Assembly: GCA_965261345.1 (NCBI GenBank)
Contig: OZ253449.1
Coordinates: 1,792,001-1,856,000 of the forward strand
DNA: 64,000 bases
Direction: 5' to 3'
DNA from: Chloroflexota bacterium
GTDB taxonomy: Bacteria > Chloroflexota > UBA11872 > VXNJ01
In this document: positions 19,815 through 29,058 of the stretch, one piece after another
How positions within the stretch are numbered: position 1 is the first letter of the stretch
How the letters are laid out: each line of letters opens with the position of its first letter
Notes under the pieces: model-generated
Database searches by the model: none
What the model was told of the DNA's origin: nothing
Seen by the model: only the letters and a program-made list of their open reading frames with translations
Program-made: the position numbers and the translations under genes

Positions 19815-21017
19815 CTAGTAGGCAATTTGAACCCGTGCCCCATCCATGGCCGCCGAATTGGCGATCGCCTCGCAGATTACGTCGGCCTTGTAGCCATCCT
19901 CAAAGGTCGCCCCCCACGGCGCAACGTCCTTGTCGTTGGCAACGCAATCGAGGAAATGACACAGCTCGTGGACGAACGTGTGCTCCCAACCGATCATGTG
20001 GCCCTGTGGCCACCAGTTGGTCCAGTAGGGGTGGTGCTGCTCGGAAACCATCACCGTGGCAAAGCCGTTGGCATTGGCGGGTTCGGAGTCTCCCGAATAG
20101 ACTTTGAGCTCGTTGAGCCGCTGGATGTCGAAGGCGATCGAACCCTTGGAGCCGTTGATCTCGAAAATGTTCCCGTTCTTGTTGCCATAAGCGTAGCGAG
20201 TGGCCTCCAGGGTTCCGATCGCCCCGCACTCGAATTCGACCAAGGCAAGATAGGCGTCATCTACCGTCACTGGCGCCATCCGGTCGGGACTGTCGGGGTC
20301 GGGACGCTGTTCTACGAACGTCTTTAGCATCCCGTTAACCGCTTTGGGTTCGCCGACCAGAAATCGCGCCAGGTCGATCGTATGGGCCCCCAGATCTCCC
20401 AAGCTGCCCGATCCCGCCTGTCCGATATCGAGTCGCCAGACCCGGGGGGCGCTTGCGTCCACCAGCCATTCCTGGAGATAGAACCCGCGAAAGTGGCGGA
20501 CCTCGCCGACCAATCCCTCCGCGATGAGCTGGCGGGCCAGGACGATCGCCGGCACGAAGCGATAGTTGAAGGCGGTCATGTGTTTGATGCCGGCCTTTTC
20601 GGCGGCCTGCCACATCTCTCGCGATTCGGCCGAATTGCGCCCCAGCGGCTTCTCCGAGATCACGTGTTTGCCGGCCGCGATAGCGGCCATATTGGCTTCA
20701 TAGTGCAGGTTGTTGGGGCCCGAATTGTCGACCACCTCAACCCTTGGATCGGAAATTACCTGCATCCAATCGGTTGCGTGACTGGCGAACCCATAGCGTC
20801 GGGCGGCCTCGGCGACCGCCTCCGGATTGCGCCCTGCCACCGCTTGGAGAACCGGGATCGCCGGAGGTGGATACATCATGTAGGGAATCTTTTTGTATCC
20901 GTTTGAGTGGGCCTTGCCCATGAAGGCATAGCCGAGCATCCCGATCCCGATCTCGGGGACCTCGCTCCCGTCGCTGACTACCGCCTGCGAATGAAATCCG
21001 CCTGTGTCCGTGGCCAT
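19815..21017 (-). CDS. Gfo/Idh/MocA family oxidoreductase
   Basis: GMLGYAFMGKAHS, SEKPL, FNYRF, GSGSLGDLGAH..DLA and WWP.GH.IGWEHTF. Confidence 0.93.
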   Translation of the reverse strand: MATDTGGFHSQAVVSDGSEVPEIGIGMLGYAFMGKAHSNGYKKIPYMMYPPPAIPVLQAVAGRNPEAVAEAARRYGFASHATDWMQVISDPRVEVVDNSGPNNLHYEANMAAIAAGKHVISEKPLGRNSAESREMWQAAEKAGIKHMTAFNYRFVPAIVLARQLIAEGLVGEVRHFRGFYLQEWLVDASAPRVWRLDIGQAGSGSLGDLGAHTIDLARFLVGEPKAVNGMLKTFVEQRPDPDSPDRMAPVTVDDAYLALVEFECGAIGTLEATRYAYGNKNGNIFEINGSKGSIAFDIQRLNELKVYSGDSEPANANGFATVMVSEQHHPYWTNWWPQGHMIGWEHTFVHELCHFLDCVANDKDVAPWGATFEDGYKADVICEAIANSAAMDGARVQIAY

Positions 21018-21153
21018 TGGCAGTCCTACCCGTCGTTGCTACTTAAATATTTTTTCGGATTTGGGTGCGCCCAGCGCATTCGCGCCAGCGAACTGGTTTC
21101 ATAGTACGCATTGCCGGCGCCGCACCGATCGCCCGAATGACCGGGCGGCGGTC

Positions 21154-22488
21154 CTATCCGAGCGCCCGCCAAGCGAGTCGCCGGCCCAGATAATCGCCGA
21201 TCTCCGGGACCGGGATGCGGTCCTGGGCAAGCGAATCGCGATCGCGCACGGTCACGCAGCCGTCTTCTAGCGAATCGAAATCAACGGTGATGCAATACGG
21301 CGTGCCGGCCTCATCCTGCCGTCGGTAGCGTCGTCCGATCGCCCCGGACTCGTCGTAAAAAATCGGCCATTGATAGCACAACTCGGACTGGATTGTCTTT
21401 GCCAGTTCCTGTAGCGGCGCCCGTTTGATTAACGGAAAGACCGCAGCCTTAAATGGGGCCAGTCGCGGATCCAGCGCCAGCAGGGTTCTGCGGTCCTGGC
21501 CGCCCTTGGCGTTGGCGACCGTTTCCTCGCGGTAGGCCGACGCCAGGAAAGCGAGCACGCACCGGTCCACCCCGGCCGACGGCTCGATGACCCAAGGCGT
21601 CAGGTGCTCCCCCTTGGTTTCGTCAAAGATCGACAGCTTGACGCCGGAAGCGTCGGCATGGGCGCGCAGGTCGAAATCCGAGCGCCGGGCGATCCCTTCG
21701 AGTTCGTCCCAACCGAACGGAAATCTAAATTCCAGGTCGGATGTGCCGTGCGAATAGTGCGAAAGTTCGTCAGCCGCGTGGGCCCGGACCCTCAGGTCGC
21801 CGGCATCCACACCGTAGTCAAGATACCAGCGTCGACGACGATCGACCCAATATTCAAACCAGTGCGCGTCGTCGCCAGGCTCGCAGAAAAACTCCAGCTC
21901 CATCTGTTCGAATTCGCGGGTGCGGAAGATGAAGTTGCCGGTAGTGATCTCGTTGCGAAAAGCCTTGCCGATCTGGGCGATTCCGAACGGCAGGCGCAGG
22001 CGCGAGGTTGAGAGCACATTGCGGAAATTTACAAAAATCGCTTGGGCAGTCTCCGGCCGCAAGTAGGCGATGTCGGCTTCGTCTTCTAGCGGTCCGACGA
22101 AGGTCTTAAACATGGTGTTGAAGTTGCGCGGCGCCGAAACGGTCCCGCCGCAGTTGGAGCAGCGTCCGTCGGTTAAGTGGTCTTGGCGCAGACGCGCATT
22201 GCAGTCGGAACATTCGACCAGCGGGTCGGAGAAATTGTCCAGGTGCCCCGAGGCCTGCCAGACCGCCGGGGACATTAAAACAGCGGCGTTGATCCCGACC
22301 ACGTTCTGGCGGGCGATGACTATTTCGCGCCACCATGCTTCCTTGACATTGCGGACCAGCTCGGCCCCCAGCGGTCCGTAGTCCCAGGTGCTTTCGAAGC
22401 CTCCATAAATCTCGGAGGAAGGAAAAACAAATCCGCGCCGCTTGGCCAATGCCACCAGCGCGTCCATATTGGGTTCGGAACTGCTCAT
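21154..22488 (-). CDS. glyQS: Glycine-tRNA ligase (alpha2 homodimeric type)
   Basis: KRRGFVFPSSEIYGG, DYGPLG, YLRPETAQ, GKAFRNEIT, FRTREFEQME, IEPSAGVDR and RRYRRQDE.G. Start is 22488 or 22506. Confidence 0.96.
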   Translation of the reverse strand: MSSSEPNMDALVALAKRRGFVFPSSEIYGGFESTWDYGPLGAELVRNVKEAWWREIVIARQNVVGINAAVLMSPAVWQASGHLDNFSDPLVECSDCNARLRQDHLTDGRCSNCGGTVSAPRNFNTMFKTFVGPLEDEADIAYLRPETAQAIFVNFRNVLSTSRLRLPFGIAQIGKAFRNEITTGNFIFRTREFEQMELEFFCEPGDDAHWFEYWVDRRRRWYLDYGVDAGDLRVRAHAADELSHYSHGTSDLEFRFPFGWDELEGIARRSDFDLRAHADASGVKLSIFDETKGEHLTPWVIEPSAGVDRCVLAFLASAYREETVANAKGGQDRRTLLALDPRLAPFKAAVFPLIKRAPLQELAKTIQSELCYQWPIFYDESGAIGRRYRRQDEAGTPYCITVDFDSLEDGCVTVRDRDSLAQDRIPVPEIGDYLGRRLAWRALG

Positions 22489-22517
22489 AGGCGCCTGGGC
22501 AAACATCTCGGATGTCT

Positions 22518-23276
22518 CTAATTCCCCGAGATTATCGGCGCCATCCCCGAAGACCTTAATTGGCGGCCCAGATTGGCGGTCAAAACCTGGTCGAGCAATC
22601 CCGCCAACTCGCGCTCGAAATTGGCGTCCAGCAGTAGCCGATCGCCATCGCCAATCTGGGCGTTTGCCATGTAGCGCAGGGCCTTTAGCGCCGCCAAACT
22701 CATTGGCACGGCCAAGACGGTGGTCGCACATTGCGGGCACAGCGCCCCACCGGACTGTGGTCCGAACCAAAGTCGGTCCGGATCTAGGTGACGATTGCAG
22801 TCGGCACAATCGCCAAGCTCAAGCCCCAGACCCAAGCGCGCTAGGGCGAGCAGCTCAAATTGCCAAAGCTGAGGGCCGATCCGTTCACGCTGGGCAATCA
22901 ACGCCAGCGCTTTGGCGGCAAGCGCAAATAGCCCGGGGTCGGGATCGTTCGCCGCGGTCCCCATGCGCAGGATTTCAACCACTCGCGCGGCGGCGGCAAA
23001 CCGCTGCCCGGCGCCAGAGAGTTGCGGCCACGCGGCGACCGAACGGGCGGCGGTGATCACATCGAGCGAGCGGGTCTTTACCAATTCAATTTCGACGGTC
23101 GCAAAGAGTTGCAGGTGACCGGCCAGGCGCGACCGCGGTCGGCGGGCGGCCCGCGCAACCGCGTTGAATCGGCCCGCGTTGCGGGCAAAAAGGAACACCA
23201 GGCGATCGGCTTCGCCAAGGTCGCGCAAACCAATTACGATTGCCGCATCGCTGTATGCTGGTCCGGATCGATTCAT
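22518..23276 (-). CDS. recO: DNA repair protein RecO
   Basis: AIV....LGEADR, A.AARRP.SRL OB-fold, and a CxxC…GGALCxxC zinc finger. Adjacent to the glycyl-tRNA ligase gene. Confidence 0.92.
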   Translation of the reverse strand: MNRSGPAYSDAAIVIGLRDLGEADRLVFLFARNAGRFNAVARAARRPRSRLAGHLQLFATVEIELVKTRSLDVITAARSVAAWPQLSGAGQRFAAAARVVEILRMGTAANDPDPGLFALAAKALALIAQRERIGPQLWQFELLALARLGLGLELGDCADCNRHLDPDRLWFGPQSGGALCPQCATTVLAVPMSLAALKALRYMANAQIGDGDRLLLDANFERELAGLLDQVLTANLGRQLRSSGMAPIISGN

Positions 23277-23320
23277 CAAAGTTTCAAATCGACCGGGGCT
23301 TGGGCCGGGCCAACATCAAC

Positions 23321-24637
23321 TCAGGCGGCCCGCGGACTTCCCGACTCGCTAGAGTCCGGATCGGACCCGCCTTGCGGTTTGACCCGCAGCTGGCGAATCC
23401 GGTTGTTCTCGACCTGGGCGACCTCTACCGCAACGCCGTCGATTACCAAGGATTCACCGTCGTTGGGGACGTGACCCAAACTCAGGAACACCAATCCGGC
23501 CACGGTGTCGGCGTCGACCGCGCTCAACTCGATTCCGGTCTGTTCGGCCAATTCGCTCAGCCGCACTCGCCCGTCGACTAGGAATGCGCCTTCGCTGTCG
23601 GTGGAAATCTCGATGGGATCCAGGTCGGTTTCATCGCGGATGTCGCCGACGATGCATTCGATGATGTCCTCCATGGTGACCAGACCGGCGGTGTCACCGT
23701 ACTCATCGATCGCAATGGCCATGTGTGTCCGCCCGGCCTGCAACTCGCCTAGCAAATCATCAACCATCTTGGTTTCGGGCACGAAAAAGGCTGGTTGTGA
23801 TAGCTGATGCACCGGCTTTTGGCCGGTGCCCTCGACCACCAGGGCGGCGGCGATTTGGCGCACTGATACCACCCCGGTGATGTTGTCGTGGTCGCCGGCG
23901 TATACCGGGAGCCTGGAAAATCCGTGACTAAGGGCCAGTTCGAGAGCTTCCGAGGCGCTCAAATTGCCATCCACCATGACCATGTCTGGGCGCGGGGTCA
24001 TGATGTGGCGAACCTGTTCGCGTGAAATATCCAACACGCCCTGGATCATGTCGACGTCCTCTTCCGAGATCGCCTCCTGTCGCTCCGAGGCGGCGATGAT
24101 CTCGCGCAATTCGCCCAATTCGCCGATCTCATCGGCTTCCTGGTGGTGGCCGAATATGGCCAGAATGCGATTGGCCAGCCAATCGGCCAAACCGGCCGGC
24201 GGGGCCAGCGCGGTCAGCAGCAGGGTCAGCGGCCGGGCCTGCGCCAGCGCAAGAGATTCCCCCCAGCGCCGGCCAGCGCGGCGGGCCAGGCGCGCCGCCA
24301 GGGCGATGTGGGCAAATGCCACCAGCAGCGTCAGCAGGCCGATGGCCAGTGGGAATGGCACGCCTGCGCGGGCAATCTCCGGGGCCAGCGCGCCCGCCGC
24401 CAGCGCCGCCGAGGCGGTGGCGGCCAATAGCGCCAGCGAGACGATTAGGGAGGCTCGCCTACTGTCGTCTTCCAGCATTTTGCCAATGGCGCGGGCGGAC
24501 TTGCTGCCGCCGTCGGCCAATTCGCGCAACCGGGACGGCCGCATCGAGAGCATCGCGGCTTCGACCGCGGAACCGTATCCGGCCAGCGCCGTCAACAGAA
24601 TGACACCGGCTAGGCCGGCCCAACTAGAAGGCTCCAC
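23321..24637 (-). CDS. Hemolysin-family/CNNM (CorB/TlyC-like) protein: DUF21 TM domain, CBS pair and CorC domain
   Basis: IMTPR.DM, HGFSRLPVY, FVPETK, AIDEYG.TAGLVTMEDI.E.IVGDI.DE and DTVAGLV. Confidence 0.93.
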   Translation of the reverse strand: MEPSSWAGLAGVILLTALAGYGSAVEAAMLSMRPSRLRELADGGSKSARAIGKMLEDDSRRASLIVSLALLAATASAALAAGALAPEIARAGVPFPLAIGLLTLLVAFAHIALAARLARRAGRRWGESLALAQARPLTLLLTALAPPAGLADWLANRILAIFGHHQEADEIGELGELREIIAASERQEAISEEDVDMIQGVLDISREQVRHIMTPRPDMVMVDGNLSASEALELALSHGFSRLPVYAGDHDNITGVVSVRQIAAALVVEGTGQKPVHQLSQPAFFVPETKMVDDLLGELQAGRTHMAIAIDEYGDTAGLVTMEDIIECIVGDIRDETDLDPIEISTDSEGAFLVDGRVRLSELAEQTGIELSAVDADTVAGLVFLSLGHVPNDGESLVIDGVAVEVAQVENNRIRQLRVKPQGGSDPDSSESGSPRAA

Positions 24638-24730
24638 TAAGTGGAACCATACTCCCTAATACCGCGTCGCGTTCGGGCGAACACGCAAAGCTCCGAGCCT
24701 TCTTTTCGTCTGTTGTCGCAATTGCCAGAG

Positions 24731-25669
24731 TCAGATGAACAGGGCGCTGACTGATTCGTGCAAGTGTATGCGCCGGATCGCCTCGGCCAGCAGACCGGCA
24801 GTCGAACACACCGTCAGTTTTGGATGCCGGAACTGGACCGGAATCGTATCCGATACCAGGACGCTTGCAATCTTGTCAGATTCGAAAAGGTGGTTGATCT
24901 TGGGCGTAAAGTCCGCGTGGACCGCGGCCGCGTGCACCTGGGAGGCTCCATTGGCCAGTAGCAAGTCGGCAGCGGCCAGCAGCGAACCGCCGGTGGAGAT
25001 GATGTCATCAACGAGGATGCAGGTGCGCCCCGCGACATCTCCGACCAGCGATATTGGGGTGACCTCCTCGCCTGAATTTCGCTTTTTGAAGGTCACGAAG
25101 AGGTCCTCGGCCTGCATGCGCCGCGAGAAGTCTTCGGCGCGGGCGACCCCGCCGGCATCGGTGGAACCGACCGCGGCGGCGCGGTCATAGCCCTGGTCGC
25201 GCAATGACTGCGCCAGCAGTCCGGCCGCCCGCAGGTGGTCGACCGGGATGTCGAAGAACCCCTCGATGGCAGCCGCGTGGAGATCGATCGTAACAACCCG
25301 CGAAATCCCCGAGACCTGCAGCAAGTTGGCGACCAATTTGGCCGAAATCGGCTCGCGCCCGGCGGTTTTTTTCTCCTGCCGCGCATATCCGTAGTAGGGG
25401 ATTACGGCGGTGATTCGATCGGCCGATGCGCGCCGCAGGGCATCGACCATGATGAGCAACTCCATCAGGTGGTTGTTGACTGGGACGCACGTCGACTGGA
25501 CCACATAGGCGTCATAGCCGCGCACGTTCTCCTCAATCTGGATTTTGGTCTCGCGGTTGGGAAACGAACTCACCGCCGCGTTCCCGAGCGGAATCCCCAA
25601 ATCGGCGCAGATCGCGCTGGCCAGCGCGGTATTGGAAGATCCGGCGAAAACTTTCAGATTTCCGGTCAT
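24731..25669 (-). CDS. prs: Ribose-phosphate pyrophosphokinase
   Basis: KVFAGSSN..LA, ENVRG, LMELLIMVDAL.RASA, PYYGYARQ, DLHA and VDDIISTGGS. Confidence 0.96.
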   Translation of the reverse strand: MTGNLKVFAGSSNTALASAICADLGIPLGNAAVSSFPNRETKIQIEENVRGYDAYVVQSTCVPVNNHLMELLIMVDALRRASADRITAVIPYYGYARQEKKTAGREPISAKLVANLLQVSGISRVVTIDLHAAAIEGFFDIPVDHLRAAGLLAQSLRDQGYDRAAAVGSTDAGGVARAEDFSRRMQAEDLFVTFKKRNSGEEVTPISLVGDVAGRTCILVDDIISTGGSLLAAADLLLANGASQVHAAAVHADFTPKINHLFESDKIASVLVSDTIPVQFRHPKLTVCSTAGLLAEAIRRIHLHESVSALFI

Positions 25670-25821
25670 CGGCGCTGCCTGGGGTCTCCCGATTTCGTCA
25701 TGCTGATGGGCGATCGCGCGATGAACCCGATTGGGCGGCCGCAAGGCCGCACGGCAAATCGGCGACGGAAAAAAGTCTATTCGCAACGGCAACCGCGGTT
25801 GGCGTGATAATCGATGCGCCT

Positions 25822-27195
25822 ATGCCCACCGCCAAGCGCATCCGCGATCCCGTACACGGCCTTATCCGCTTCGAGGCCGAATCCGAGGTCGACCAATTGG
25901 CCTGGCAACTGCTGGACGCACCGGAGGTGCAGCGGCTTCGCGCGATCAAGCAGCTGGGATTTTTGCACCTGGTGTTCCCTGGCGCAACCCATACTCGCTT
26001 TGCTCATTCGATCGGGGTTTACTTCGTCGCCCGCAAGCTGCTTGACATCATCGCCCGGCAGCTGGGACCGGCTGACTTTGACGCGGACCGCGCCAGGGTG
26101 GCGGCACTTTCCGCCCTGCTCCATGATGTAGGCCACGGCCCGCTCTCGCACGTATTTGAAAAGGCCGAACACTCGGTGCTCGGAACCGGTGTCCACGAGC
26201 GATGGTCGGTTCGGGTAATTACCGGCGACACCGCAGTCTTCTCGATTCTGGAGCGGGCGACGCCCGGTTTGGCCCGGCAGGTGGCTGATGAGCTTAGCGG
26301 GAAGGGCCCGCGGGACATCTATTCGGCGGTGGTTGCTTCGCATTTTGATGCCGACCGACTCGATTACCTGGAGCGCGACCGGCAGATGACCGGATTGGCC
26401 TCGGCTTCAATCGATTTGACTTGGTTGCTAGACAGTTTGCGGGTCGAGGACCTGCCCGACCGATGGGGCGGGGGAGCCGGCTTGGTGCTGGCGCCAAAGG
26501 GATTGCGGGCGGCCGAGGAATACCTCCTGGCCAGGATCAATCTCTACCGTCAGATCTATTTGCACAAGACCTCGCGCGGGGCCGAGTTGATGATGGCGGC
26601 GCTGGCCGGGCGATTGGCCGGACTGATCAGCGATGGCCGCGCGGCCGCCAGCGGGCTAGCCGCGGGCCACCCGCTGTTGGCCCACTTCGGCGGGAGGGCG
26701 TCACTGTCCAGCTTTCTGGCGCTGGACGATGAGGTGCTCGGCGGCGCGCTGGCCGACCTGGAACACTCCGATGACGCCCAGTTGGCCGAGCTAGCGTCGC
26801 GCCTGCGCCGCCGCCGCATCTACAAGTGTTTTGATGTCGGCCAGCGAATCCGCAGGCCGGGTGGGCCGGAGCTGAGCAATTTTGCGGCCCTGCTCAGAGC
26901 ACGCGCCGGTTCGATGGGCTTAACCGAGGACCTGACGCTGCTTACCGATGCGGCCCGCGTGGACGCGATTTCCTCGTTTGGCCAGCATGGACCACGTTCG
27001 CAGCGACCGGTCCTGGTTAGAGCCTCGCCGGATGGGCCGCCGGTGGCGATCGTCGATGTCTCGCCGCTGGTGGCGGCGATCGCACCCGAGGAGGTGATGC
27101 GTTTCTACGTTCCCACCGATGAGCATCGCGAGGCAATCTGGCAACTTTGGCGGCAAACGATGCACCGCACCCAAGATGGCCAGGTGCCCGCCTAG
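25822..27195 (+). CDS. HD-domain phosphohydrolase (YdhJ/SAMHD1-like dNTP triphosphohydrolase family)
   Basis: RDPVHG, QRLRAIKQLG, PGATHTRFAHSIG, LLHDVGHGPLSH and DADRLDYL.RD. Confidence 0.92.
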   Translation: MPTAKRIRDPVHGLIRFEAESEVDQLAWQLLDAPEVQRLRAIKQLGFLHLVFPGATHTRFAHSIGVYFVARKLLDIIARQLGPADFDADRARVAALSALLHDVGHGPLSHVFEKAEHSVLGTGVHERWSVRVITGDTAVFSILERATPGLARQVADELSGKGPRDIYSAVVASHFDADRLDYLERDRQMTGLASASIDLTWLLDSLRVEDLPDRWGGGAGLVLAPKGLRAAEEYLLARINLYRQIYLHKTSRGAELMMAALAGRLAGLISDGRAAASGLAAGHPLLAHFGGRASLSSFLALDDEVLGGALADLEHSDDAQLAELASRLRRRRIYKCFDVGQRIRRPGGPELSNFAALLRARAGSMGLTEDLTLLTDAARVDAISSFGQHGPRSQRPVLVRASPDGPPVAIVDVSPLVAAIAPEEVMRFYVPTDEHREAIWQLWRQTMHRTQDGQVPA

Positions 27196-27926
27196 ATCAG
27201 GAGAGTGCCCAGCCCGCCCCAGATGACCGTGTATTTGAAAGCGTTGCCCAGAAAGGCGGCCAGCCCATAACGCCAGAACGGGTAGCGTACCGTGCCGGCA
27301 ATGATCCCGATCACGTCAAAAAACGGATTGGGAACTGCGGCAAAACCGACGATGATTGCATCCGCCAGCCAGGGGCTCGACCGCATTATCCGCGACACCC
27401 TTCGGATCCAGCCAGAATCGGCCAACAGAGCCGCGCTGGAGCGTCCCAGTAGGTAGCCTACGCCCTCGCCCAGGGTTTGCCCGGCGGCGGCGGCCAATCC
27501 GACCGCTAAGGGGTCATTTAGTGAGGACCCCAAGGCGATTATGGTGAGCGCGGTGGGCGCTGGCAGGATTACCGTCGAGGCGCCGATTAGGGCGACCAGG
27601 AACGCGGCCAGAACTACCGGTCCTTCGAATTGCTCGACCAAGTCGACGAATATCCAGGCGAGCATCGCCACCTCGACGATGAGGAGGATGGCGACCAGCT
27701 GTCCGACCAACGGCCAATCGAGTCGCAATCGCCACCGGCCGAGTGCGCCGGCGCATGCCAGCAACCCCAGGCCCAACAGGACCAGGTAACCGGGCGCGAC
27801 CGCGCGCAATGGCTGCCGCAGTACCCACGAGGCAACCAGAATCAGGCCGATGGTCGCAACCACCGCGACGAACTGCCGGCGACTCAACGCGGGCGCGGTC
27901 TTGCTGACCGGAGTCGTAACTTCCAT
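27192..27926 (-). CDS. VTT/DedA (SNARE-associated) family membrane protein
   Basis: Multiple TM segments, G.TLGE.VGY.LGR and PNPFFDVIGIIAG. Confidence 0.85.
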   Translation of the reverse strand: MEVTTPVSKTAPALSRRQFVAVVATIGLILVASWVLRQPLRAVAPGYLVLLGLGLLACAGALGRWRLRLDWPLVGQLVAILLIVEVAMLAWIFVDLVEQFEGPVVLAAFLVALIGASTVILPAPTALTIIALGSSLNDPLAVGLAAAAGQTLGEGVGYLLGRSSAALLADSGWIRRVSRIMRSSPWLADAIIVGFAAVPNPFFDVIGIIAGTVRYPFWRYGLAAFLGNAFKYTVIWGGLGTLLI

Positions 27927-27939
27927 CGCCCTATCCGAC

Positions 27940-29058
27940 CTAGAGAAACTGCGAACGCCGGCTGGCGTTGAGTAGAGCGAGCACCTCGGGTATCTGCTGG
28001 GCGGAGTCCCGCGCGCACACCAATATCGCATCGCCGGCTTCGACCACCACCACGTCGTCTAACCCTACGACCGCGACCAGGGCCGACTCGGCGTCCACCA
28101 GGCAGCGCTGGCTGTTGACAAACAATGGGGTCTGGCCCGGTCTGCCGGCCAGCTGGTTGTCGCCGGCTGCCTCAACCCGTCGGGAGACCTTGTAAACGCC
28201 CTCCCAGGTGCCGATATCGGCCCAGGCGAAGTCGGCCGGGACGGTGTAAACGTTATCTGCTTTTTCCATCACGACGGTATCGATCGCCTCGACCGTAAGT
28301 TGCGACCAGACTTTTGCCAACGCGTGTTCTGGTTGTCCGAGGCGGAATGACTCGGTCAGCTGGTGCATGGCGATGGCCAGGTGCGGAGCGTGGATGGAGA
28401 AGGCCGCCAGCAGCGCATCGGTTGTAAAGGCGAAATAGTTGCAGTTCCAGAAATGCCGGCCACCAGCAAAGAACGCCTCGGCGGTGGGCCGATCGGGTTT
28501 TTCCACGAATGCGGTGGTCTCATGAACCGCAACGCCGTTGAAGGTGCCGGCCGGGTCGCCCAGCTCGATATAACCCATCCCGGTGTCGGGTCTGGATGGA
28601 CGGATCCCGATCGTGAGCAAGCCGCGAAATTTCCGGGCAGCCGCCGCCGCCGCCCTAAGCGATTGCCGAAAGGCCTCGTCATCCCCGACGAAGTGGTCTG
28701 ATCCCACGGTTATCAGGGTCGGGTTGCGAGCCTTGGTTGCCGTCAGTGCGGCAGCGGCGGCGATCGCCGGGGCGGTGCCCTTGCCGGACGGCTCGGCGAT
28801 GATCTGGGTGCGATCAATTTCCGGCAGCTGGACGGCGATCTGATCGGCCTGGGAGGCGCTGGTGACCACCAATATCTGCTCCGGGCTGGTGAGCGGTGCC
28901 ACCCGTTCGAAGGTCTGACGAAGCAGACTCAATTTCCCGTCAAAGCTAAGCAGCTGTTTAGGTTTTTGGCGGCGTGACTTGGGCCACAGCCTGGTACCCG
29001 AACCGCCGGCAATGATCGCCAGGAACGGGGCGGAATCAGATTCAGGCGATTCCGGCAA
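27940..29058 (-). CDS. manC: Mannose-1-phosphate guanylyltransferase (no PMI cupin domain)
   Basis: IIAGGSGTRLWP.SR..KPKQ, EP.G.GTA, SDH, GYIE, FVEKPD, ID..VMEKA and W.DIGTW. Confidence 0.92.
   Translation of the reverse strand: MPESPESDSAPFLAIIAGGSGTRLWPKSRRQKPKQLLSFDGKLSLLRQTFERVAPLTSPEQILVVTSASQADQIAVQLPEIDRTQIIAEPSGKGTAPAIAAAAALTATKARNPTLITVGSDHFVGDDEAFRQSLRAAAAAARKFRGLLTIGIRPSRPDTGMGYIELGDPAGTFNGVAVHETTAFVEKPDRPTAEAFFAGGRHFWNCNYFAFTTDALLAAFSIHAPHLAIAMHQLTESFRLGQPEHALAKVWSQLTVEAIDTVVMEKADNVYTVPADFAWADIGTWEGVYKVSRRVEAAGDNQLAGRPGQTPLFVNSQRCLVDAESALVAVVGLDDVVVVEAGDAILVCARDSAQQIPEVLALLNASRRSQFL

Noticed and set aside
22489-22809. Long N-terminal extensions given by the ORF track for glyQS (similarly uvrC, prs, the DapA-like gene, the HNH gene and the K+ channel)
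   Set aside because: They overlap neighbouring genes or promoters and lack homology-like content. They are artefacts of first-start calling in GC-rich DNA.
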